Positions 42,613 to 50,356 of a stretch of 64,000 bases of DNA are shown piece by piece. This stretch comes from Candidatus Latescibacterota bacterium (GTDB lineage: Bacteria; Latescibacterota; UBA2968; GCA-2709665). The position numbers and the translations under genes are program-made. The notes under the pieces are model-generated. The model had not been told where the DNA came from. It ran no database searches and was given only the letters and a program-made list of their open reading frames with translations. The stretch spans positions 640,001-704,000 of the forward strand of contig CAXXXF010000015.1 of assembly GCA_963667175.2 (NCBI GenBank). Reading direction: 5' to 3'. Numbering within the stretch: position 1 is the stretch's first letter; each line of letters begins with the position of its first letter.

Positions 42613-42644
42613 TTGACAATACTTCGTTTTGTTACTATTGTCAA
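42613..42644. promoter_or_regulatory. Palindromic bidirectional promoter/operator
   Basis: TTGACAATA-N14-TATTGTCAA gives TTGACA-17-TATTGT on both strands. Confidence 0.6.
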
Positions 42645-42673
42645 GCTGGACGTTCCATCCAGTGGGAGCTATT

Positions 42674-43633
42674 ATGGGTCGAGGTCCCTTATACGAAGAC
42701 GGCTACCAACCGCAACTATCCGGGCACGAGACATTTCCTCTCAGATACGGGTGGCTTAAGAAGGCTTTCGATGCCGTGCGGGAAGCCGAGAGCGACGAGA
42801 ATGGCGGATCGGTCTTCTCGTCGGATGGGGCCATCGCCCGTTTTGGCGTCGGCAAGAACATGGTCGCGTCAATTCGGCATTGGGCGACCGCCGCGGGTGT
42901 CATCAGAGAAGCGTCGCGGAAGCCAAGAACCACGTTACTTGCACGGCGACTATTTGCGAGAAATGGTCTCGACCCCTACATGGAAAACCCTGCGACAGCG
43001 TGGCTGATTCATTGGCAGCTTTGCGGCAACCCCATTAAAACCACATGGTTTTGGACGTTCAATCATTTTCCGGCTCCTTTCTTCGAACGGGATTTGCTTG
43101 TACGTAGCCTGGAGAAACTTCCGGATGAGTGTGGTTGGAAGCCGGTGTCTTCCGCGACAATCAGGAAGGATGTGGCCTGTTTTGTCCGTACGTACGTTTC
43201 GCGGCCCCCGACGGGAAGGGCAAGTCGTGAAGATACGCTGGAGTCCCCGCTCACGGAACTCGGGCTGATTAGACCGATCGGAAAGCGGGATGGATTCCGC
43301 TTCGTGCGTGGTCCTAAACCTTCGCTGGGTCAGGGTGTATTCTGTTACGCGGTCACGAATTTCTGGCGCAACCACCTCCCCGATGTTCGTACGATCTCTT
43401 TCGAAGCACTAGCACATGAACCCGGATCGCCGGGAAAGGTATTCCTGTTAGACGAGAACGACCTGGCGGATCGTCTAACAGACCTGGAAGATGTGAGCAA
43501 CGGCCTCTATCGCTGGTCGGAAACGACAGGGCTGAAGCAGTTGACCCGGAACCGGGAATTAGAAAGTGGCGAAGAGATCGAATTCGTCGAGTTTGACTAC
43601 GGTGGCAAGTTGACGGACAAGGAAATGTCCTGA
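42674..43633 (+). CDS. sspB: DUF4007 family protein (SspB-like)
   Basis: SGHETFPLRYGWLKK, FGVGKNMV.SIRHW, DPYME...WLIHW, ESPLTELGLI, SPGKVF. Confidence 0.88.
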   Translation: MGRGPLYEDGYQPQLSGHETFPLRYGWLKKAFDAVREAESDENGGSVFSSDGAIARFGVGKNMVASIRHWATAAGVIREASRKPRTTLLARRLFARNGLDPYMENPATAWLIHWQLCGNPIKTTWFWTFNHFPAPFFERDLLVRSLEKLPDECGWKPVSSATIRKDVACFVRTYVSRPPTGRASREDTLESPLTELGLIRPIGKRDGFRFVRGPKPSLGQGVFCYAVTNFWRNHLPDVRTISFEALAHEPGSPGKVFLLDENDLADRLTDLEDVSNGLYRWSETTGLKQLTRNRELESGEEIEFVEFDYGGKLTDKEMS

Positions 43634-46600
43634 TGGGGCTGGCCGATCGAATAACGATCGCACGGAGGTTTCAGCGTGCGATACGCATCGATAGTGATCT
43701 CAATGATCCGGCTGCATTGGATGGCTTCATTTGTCCAAGATCTTCAGCCGAGGTACTCGAAACAATGGCCCGGCATCTGATCGAAACCGGGCAGGGTGCA
43801 TTCACGTGGACGGGTCCTTACGGCAGCGGAAAGTCGAGCCTCGTAATCGCCCTCAGCGCGGCATTGAAAAATAACGGCGGGCGTGCACGCAATGCGGAGT
43901 CGATACTGGGTCGAAAAACGACATCGATCATTTGGGAAGCGTTGCCCCCTCGCACGAAGGGCTGGCGCATCCTACCCGTGGTTGGTCGAAGGGAACGTCC
44001 GGCTCAAGTCATTGGCGAAGCAATTGCGGCTAATGAATACATTAAAACCCATCCACAGGAGTCGTGGTCCGACAAACGCGTATTGGATACCCTCGAAGAG
44101 ATTGCGTCTAGAAATCCGCGGTCACACGGCGGTCTGGTGATCTTTATCGACGAGTTGGGCAAGTTCCTTGAGGCGGCAGCCAAGGACGGGTCCGATATCT
44201 ACCTGTTTCAGGAACTTGCGGAGAGGGCTTCCCGCAGCAAGAAACGGCTTATTGTTGTCGGTATTCTCCATCAAGCATTCGACGAGTACTCCCACCGCCT
44301 GTCGCGTGAGATGCGGGACGAATGGTCGAAAATACAGGGCCGTTTCTTGGATCTCGTGGTCAACACCCACGGAGACGAGCAAATCGACCTGCTAGGCCGC
44401 GCTATTGAAAGCGATTATCGTCCGCAGACAGCGCGCCCGCTAGCTACGGATGTAGCATCGCAGATACGGCGGCAGACACCTCCCTATTTTGCGGACATGC
44501 TGGAGGATTGTTGGCCTCTTCATCCCGTCGTAGCATGTTTGCTTGGACCTATCTCCCGGCGCCGGTTCGGGCAGAATCAGCGGAGTATTTTCGGTTTCCT
44601 GAATTCCGCCGAAGCTCAAGGGTTTCAGGACTTTATTCGTTTTGCCGGCGATAACGACATCTACGGTCCCGACCGCCTCTGGGATTACCTTCGGATCAAC
44701 CTTGAACCAACGATTCTGGCTTCACCGGACGGACACCGCCTGGCGCTGGCTATCGACGCCCTGGAACGTTGTGAGGCAGTAGGCGGTGACCAATTGCATC
44801 AACGGCTATTGAAGGTAATCGCAACCGTCAACATGTTCAGGGACCGCTCGGGACTCGGCGCGAGCCGACGTCTATTGGAACTTGCACTACCCGACTATGA
44901 CTCAGGCGACGTCGAAAACGCGCTGAGAGATTTGAAAGGTTGGTCGTTCGTCATCTTCCGCAAATTTGACGACGCGTACTCCATATTCGAGGGTAGCGAT
45001 TTCGATGTCGATGATGCAGTAAGACGCGCACAGGATAGCACGGGCGAGGTGGACTTTACCGCGCTCAATGCGCTTGCCGGCCTGCAACCGATCGTTGCAA
45101 AACGCCACTACCACGAAACCGGGGCTCTACGCTGGTTCGACGTTGTCGTGGTTCCTCTGGCGGAGGTAAAGCATGCGGCTGCCGAGTACGCACCGCGACA
45201 AGGCGCTATTGGCGGATTCTTTCTAGCGATTCCGACTCAAAATGAGAGTGAAGCGGTGGCATGGAAGATTTGTCACCAGGCTTCAGCGGAACGACTACAA
45301 TGTGACGTCGTAGTCGGTCTCTCTCAGAGGGCATGGGGCATTCCCTCCTTGGCAGTTGAGCTGTTGGCGCTGGAGCACGTGCGCGACGAGACGCCGGAGC
45401 TTCTAGGGGACAGGGTCGCGCGTATCGAGGTCGAGGCCCGTGTCAGTGCGTTACAGGGGCATCTGGAAGGCGAACTCGCCGGTGCCTTCGATAGCGTGTC
45501 GTGGAGCTATCGAGGCGCGACCTCAGATTCTCTTCGTTACGCCGAAGTCAATAGTTTCGCTTCCGATCTCGCCGACGCCCGTTTCAAAAAGGCTCCTCGA
45601 ATCCACAATGAATTGTTGGGCCGGATGAAACCGTCGAGCAACGCCGTCGCCGCACGAAACACGCTTCTTAGACGCATGGCTCTGCATGAAGGCGAGGCGC
45701 GGTTAGGCATCCAGGGCTTCCCTGCAGAGGGCGGGCTGTTTGCTTCGCTTCTGGATGCAACGAGGCTCTACTCTGAAACCAATGGTGTATGGAGATTTGT
45801 GGAGCCCTTGGACGGCGACAAAGATCCGCACAACCTGGCGCCAACCTGGCAAGCGGCAAAGGAATTCCTCGAATCCAAAGCTGACCGTTCGGTGCCGTTA
45901 TCCGAGATTTACGAAATCTGGCGGCGACCTCCATTTGGCATAAAGGACGGTCTCCTGCCCGTATTGGCAGCGGCTTTCTTGCTCTCGCAGCGAACCACAT
46001 TGGCATTCTATCGTGACGGGATCTTTCAAGCGCGCGTTTCAGAACTGGATATGGACTTTCTTGCCAGAGATGCATCTGATATTCAGGTGCGATGGATGGA
46101 CATTTCAGAAATGTCACGTCGGCTCTTATCCGAAATGGCGGACATCGTGCGTGACCTTGACGAAGAGAACACGTTGACTCATCTTGAACCGATAGACGTA
46201 GCGAAGGGATTGGTCGCCATATATGACCGTTTGCACCCGTGGGTCGGCAGAACCCAGAGACTTTCGCGCAATGCCAGACGCATCCGGCAACTCTTCAAGC
46301 AGGCCAATGACCCAAACAAGCTGATTTTTGACGATATTCCCGGCGTATTACCGAACGTGCAAGAGGTTGAACTCAAAGACGCTTCCGAAGAGATCGCGGA
46401 TCGTGTCCGGAACGGTTTGACGGAGTTGATCCAAGCCTATCCGAATATGCTCAATCGTATCCGTGAAACACTTCTGACGGAGCTTCAGGTGCCGAATGCG
46501 TCACCCTCAATGCTTGCTGAACTACGTGCTCGCGCTGACAATATACGGGAACTTGGCGGCGACCACCGTCAGGAGGCATTTATCGTACGCCTTGCGGAGT

Positions 46601-47016
46601 TCGAAGGTGGCGACGACGACATGGCAGGTCTCGCAGGCATGGCGGTAAACAAACCCGTCCAGAATTGGGTGGACCCGGATATCGATCGTGCGACAGTCGA
46701 ACTTGCAACGATGGCGCAGCGGTTTATTCGTGCAGAAGCCTTTGCACGAGTCAAGGGTCGCAAGGACAAGAGGAACGCAATGGCGGTAATTGTGGGGATG
46801 GGCGGACAGCCGAAGCTGGCTCACAAAGAATTCGAGATTACGGAGCGGGATCAAACTGCAGTTAGAGAGTTAATTAATCGCTTGGACGGAACACTGAGAA
46901 GCAACGGCCAGGAAAGACGCAACTTAATTCTCGCCGCCCTGGCGGAGTTAAGCGCTCGGTATCTGGATCCCGATGTATCGACGAAATCAAGTGGGACGAG
47001 GAGATCCGACTCGTGA
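43633..47016 (+). CDS. sspC: Large P-loop ATPase (SspC-like)
   Basis: Walker A GPYGSGKS, Walker B IFIDELGKFLE, EWSKIQGRF, WPLHP, FGQNQRSIFGFL, PPFGIKDG; start overlaps the DUF4007 stop. Confidence 0.85.
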   Translation: MGLADRITIARRFQRAIRIDSDLNDPAALDGFICPRSSAEVLETMARHLIETGQGAFTWTGPYGSGKSSLVIALSAALKNNGGRARNAESILGRKTTSIIWEALPPRTKGWRILPVVGRRERPAQVIGEAIAANEYIKTHPQESWSDKRVLDTLEEIASRNPRSHGGLVIFIDELGKFLEAAAKDGSDIYLFQELAERASRSKKRLIVVGILHQAFDEYSHRLSREMRDEWSKIQGRFLDLVVNTHGDEQIDLLGRAIESDYRPQTARPLATDVASQIRRQTPPYFADMLEDCWPLHPVVACLLGPISRRRFGQNQRSIFGFLNSAEAQGFQDFIRFAGDNDIYGPDRLWDYLRINLEPTILASPDGHRLALAIDALERCEAVGGDQLHQRLLKVIATVNMFRDRSGLGASRRLLELALPDYDSGDVENALRDLKGWSFVIFRKFDDAYSIFEGSDFDVDDAVRRAQDSTGEVDFTALNALAGLQPIVAKRHYHETGALRWFDVVVVPLAEVKHAAAEYAPRQGAIGGFFLAIPTQNESEAVAWKICHQASAERLQCDVVVGLSQRAWGIPSLAVELLALEHVRDETPELLGDRVARIEVEARVSALQGHLEGELAGAFDSVSWSYRGATSDSLRYAEVNSFASDLADARFKKAPRIHNELLGRMKPSSNAVAARNTLLRRMALHEGEARLGIQGFPAEGGLFASLLDATRLYSETNGVWRFVEPLDGDKDPHNLAPTWQAAKEFLESKADRSVPLSEIYEIWRRPPFGIKDGLLPVLAAAFLLSQRTTLAFYRDGIFQARVSELDMDFLARDASDIQVRWMDISEMSRRLLSEMADIVRDLDEENTLTHLEPIDVAKGLVAIYDRLHPWVGRTQRLSRNARRIRQLFKQANDPNKLIFDDIPGVLPNVQEVELKDASEEIADRVRNGLTELIQAYPNMLNRIRETLLTELQVPNASPSMLAELRARADNIRELGGDHRQEAFIVRLAEFEGGDDDMAGLAGMAVNKPVQNWVDPDIDRATVELATMAQRFIRAEAFARVKGRKDKRNAMAVIVGMGGQPKLAHKEFEITERDQTAVRELINRLDGTLRSNGQERRNLILAALAELSARYLDPDVSTKSSGTRRSDS

Positions 47017-47855
47017 AAGACACAAGAAAGGAAAAACACGTTCTGGGTCTGTCGGGTGGCCGCGATAGCGCGGCGCTTGCCGTATACATGCGCCAAAACT
47101 ACCCCGAACTTGACATCGAATATTTCTTTACCGATACTGGCAAAGAATTACCTGAAGTTTACGAGTTTCTGGTCAAGCTAGAAGGCTTTCTGGGAAAGTC
47201 AATCGAACGGTTGAATCCAGATCGCGATTTCGACTTCTGGTTAAAGCAATACAACAACTTTCTGCCGTCGGCCCAAAGCCGATGGTGCACGCGGCAACTC
47301 AAACTGCGGCCTTTCGAGCGGTGGATTCGTCCGATTCTGGACAGTGGCGTAACGGTTTATAGCTACGTCGCGATTCGTGCGGACGAGGAATATCGCGAAG
47401 GCTACACCTCGAAACGCGGCAATTTGGTCGTGAAGCTCCCGCTGAAGGATGACGGGATTGACAAAGCGGGAGTGCTGGAGATCCTTGAAGGCGCGGGGCT
47501 TGGGTTGCCGCACTACTACGAGTGGCGGACGCGTAGTGGCTGCACGTTCTGTTTTTTCCAGCAGAAAATCGAATGGGTGCGATTGATGGACCGACATCCT
47601 GAGTACTTCGAGGAAGCCAAGCGCTACGAGAAAACCGCCATAGGTCACGGGTCACCCTTCACCTGGAGCCAGGGAGAATCGCTTCACGATCTCGCCAAAC
47701 CAGAACGCGTGGCGCAGATCGAGGCGGAACACACTCGACGACTCGAAAGAATGCACAACAAACGTCAGGTCAACCCGCTTCGACCAGATGCGGAACCTAT
47801 AGACGTAGATGACCTATATGGTAAAGCAAAGGTATGTCTTGCATGTCACAAATGA
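47013..47855 (+). CDS. sspD: PAPS-reductase family ATP pyrophosphatase (SspD-like)
   Basis: PP-loop LSGGRDS, FTDTG, RWCT, RSGCTFCF, terminal CLACHK; GTGA overlap with the ATPase. Confidence 0.88.
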   Translation: MKDTRKEKHVLGLSGGRDSAALAVYMRQNYPELDIEYFFTDTGKELPEVYEFLVKLEGFLGKSIERLNPDRDFDFWLKQYNNFLPSAQSRWCTRQLKLRPFERWIRPILDSGVTVYSYVAIRADEEYREGYTSKRGNLVVKLPLKDDGIDKAGVLEILEGAGLGLPHYYEWRTRSGCTFCFFQQKIEWVRLMDRHPEYFEEAKRYEKTAIGHGSPFTWSQGESLHDLAKPERVAQIEAEHTRRLERMHNKRQVNPLRPDAEPIDVDDLYGKAKVCLACHK

Positions 47856-48094
47856 CGACGAGCGCGAAGGACCTAATGTCATTGCCACGAGGGAGGTCTC
47901 GTGGGCGCAAGAAAATGGACATTCCGATCAGTTTCGTTGGAAGGAAAACAGGTTGTTGCGACTGCGGAAATTTAGATGTCCATGGTAGCAATCGACGAGG
48001 ATGACGATAGGTCGGGCTAGATGGTGTGTGCATTGAACATCGCGACGCCTTTCGGCCTGAAGTGATTGACGTGTTCAACCCTGGTAACGAACCA

Positions 48095-48562
48095 ATGGAG
48101 TCACCTGCGGATCTTGTTGCTTCTCAGGACGATTACAATAGGCACGTTTGGCCTTTTTGCCTTTGGCCGAATCAATGGAAGACGTGCAATGTGAATCTAA
48201 GGTGGCACAACGTAGTATTAGACGACAATGGCAAGTCTAACGTACCCGACACAACCGGGGTCTATTCTCTAGTAATTCAACCCGGGATTGCAAACCACCC
48301 GGGATGCTCTTATCTGATGTACGTCGGTAAGGCCAAGGATCTTCGAAAACGCTTTGGTGACTATTTGTCCAGAGAGAGAACCAAGCGTCCCAAAGTTGTG
48401 CGACTTCTTGAAATGTACCGAGGCCACATAAAGTTTTTCTATTCAACGGTCGACATAGAAACTCTTGACAATACAGAAGAGGAATTGATCAACACCTTCA
48501 TTCCTCCTTGCAATTCAAGATTTAAAGGGGTAGTACGACGGGTGTCAGGGGCATTTCGATGA
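48095..48562 (+). CDS. GIY-YIG nuclease family protein
   Basis: P.TTGVY...YVGKAKDLRKRF..Y...EEELI....PPCN. Confidence 0.85.
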   Translation: MESPADLVASQDDYNRHVWPFCLWPNQWKTCNVNLRWHNVVLDDNGKSNVPDTTGVYSLVIQPGIANHPGCSYLMYVGKAKDLRKRFGDYLSRERTKRPKVVRLLEMYRGHIKFFYSTVDIETLDNTEEELINTFIPPCNSRFKGVVRRVSGAFR

Positions 48563-49836
48563 ATGACAAACAAGATCGACTCTTTCTTCCTGCCCTTCGG
48601 GCCACGATGGGCGATTGGGTGTATTACATATCCTATATGAGCATGGATGATATCGCTGCTCGCGTTAGCATAGTTGACGATATCCATTCAAGCAGATCAT
48701 TGAAGGATTGGCTACAAAGGGGGCTAACCAACAACTCAGTAAAAATCACAGAGTACTTGGTTGCCCAGAAACAAAGACTATTCAACGCGATAGTGGTTGG
48801 AACCTACGGAGGAAGTCCGAATTGGCATGAGATTACCGTCTCCGGACGAAATCTAGACGAAGTACCGGAAATCGTTGATGGAACTATGGGACTACTGGAA
48901 CTTAACGGGGAAGAAACTCTGTTTGCAATAGACGGTCAGCATCGCGTGAAAGGCATCAAGGAGGCTATCAAAGATAAAGAAACCTTAAAGGAGGAGCAAG
49001 TATGCACGATCTTCATACCAGGAGTTATCGCAAGCAGGCGTGACTCTGACCCAGATGGTTTTCAGCGGACGAGACGCCTCTTTTCGACACTAAACCGATA
49101 CGCTAAACCTGTTCAAAAGCGGGATATTATCGCACTTGATGAAGATGATGTGGTTGCAATAGTCACGCGGAAGCTATTGGAAGAGCACGATTTGTTGATC
49201 GACAAGGTGGATTTAGGCCTTACGAAATCGATAAGAGCTACCGACCACACGAACCTTACCACGATCGTTACGTTGTACGACGTTGTGGACATCGTATTGC
49301 GTGACCGTAAGAGGGGGTGGCAGGACTATAAGCGTCGTCGACCGCCAGAGCCGGAAGTCGACGATTTCTACCGAAAGGCAACGGAATTTTGGGACGAGCT
49401 ATGCTGTCAATTTAGCTCGCTAAACGAGTTTCGTGACAGTTCAACAGAAGATAGCGTCGCTGGCAAATTCAGGAGTCCGAACGGAGGGAATCTTCTATTT
49501 CGTCCCGTTGGCTTGATGTTGATCGGACGTGTTGTCGTTGATTTACGTACGATAGAGGACATGAGCCTAAAAGAGGCGATTGAGGCTGTTGGACGTACTC
49601 CGACCGACCTTACTGATGATCCGTGGCCCGGACTGCTTTGGGACAATGCAAACAAACGTATGCTGACCGCGAAGGAGAATCAGAAGGTCGCTCGTCAATT
49701 GCTTTTCAACGCACTGGGAGGCGATCTAAAACTCGCACCTTTCAAGACATCTAGAGACAAGGTGCGAGAAGAATTGGCAGGATTGCTGAATCGAGATCCC
49801 GAGAAGGTCGGTCTTCCCGTCTACATTTCACACTGA
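48559..49836 (+). CDS. dndB: DGQHR-domain / DndB-like protein
   Basis: LQR, FNAIVV, AIDGQHR, RRLFSTLNRYAKPV; ATGA overlap with the GIY-YIG gene. Confidence 0.82.
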   Translation: MNDKQDRLFLPALRATMGDWVYYISYMSMDDIAARVSIVDDIHSSRSLKDWLQRGLTNNSVKITEYLVAQKQRLFNAIVVGTYGGSPNWHEITVSGRNLDEVPEIVDGTMGLLELNGEETLFAIDGQHRVKGIKEAIKDKETLKEEQVCTIFIPGVIASRRDSDPDGFQRTRRLFSTLNRYAKPVQKRDIIALDEDDVVAIVTRKLLEEHDLLIDKVDLGLTKSIRATDHTNLTTIVTLYDVVDIVLRDRKRGWQDYKRRRPPEPEVDDFYRKATEFWDELCCQFSSLNEFRDSSTEDSVAGKFRSPNGGNLLFRPVGLMLIGRVVVDLRTIEDMSLKEAIEAVGRTPTDLTDDPWPGLLWDNANKRMLTAKENQKVARQLLFNALGGDLKLAPFKTSRDKVREELAGLLNRDPEKVGLPVYISH

Positions 49837-50015
49837 GTGGTTAAACCGATGTCGGACAACACCCTTTATTGGAATTTAAGGAAGTTCGATAGCACGGTTT
49901 TGGAAGTGACCCTTTTTCTGTAGTCGCTGTCAGACCTTGATCTCCGCCCGTTGTTCGATTCCAATGTCCTTGCGGTATTGGATGTCACATTTGGCGGAAC
50001 CATTGTGGGTCACAC

Positions 50016-50297
50016 CTGTCCAAAATCGGTTTCAGTCTTGGACAGCATCTGGTTCACTTCCGCGAAGCAATCCCTCGACCAAGATTGCCTGAGATTCACA
50101 AAGTGCTTATTTCACGGGCTTATTGAGACGGAAACAGCACAATTATGGCCGCTGGAAACGTCACCTTGTTCTTGGACAGCATTGCGCAGACGATGGCAAA
50201 CCTGTTTTTCATTATCCGGGTCAAACCCGTCCAAAATCGCCTATTGTAGCCATTTTTCGAACCTTATCTCTGGGAATCCGACGGTTCTTGGACAGCA
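50016..50297. repeat. Cluster of repeated TCTTGGACAGCA and inverted GTCCAAAATCG sites
   Basis: Exact 12-mer at 50036, 50170 and 50286; GTCCAAAATCG at 50018 and 50229. Confidence 0.75.
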
Positions 50298-50356
50298 GTG
50301 ATTGTGGGTGATGTATTCTAGTTGGATTCAGCCTGAGAGGTTTCGGAGATTTGACA

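Noticed and set aside
42674-47855. Type 4 BREX or canonical DndBCDE
   Set aside because: No PglZ, BrxL, DndD or DndE recognisable; gene order and motifs fit SspBCD better.
49951-50301. 116-aa ORF in the DGQHR-GHKL gap
   Set aside because: No RBS or motifs; it overlaps the repeated binding-site-like motifs and is likely non-coding.
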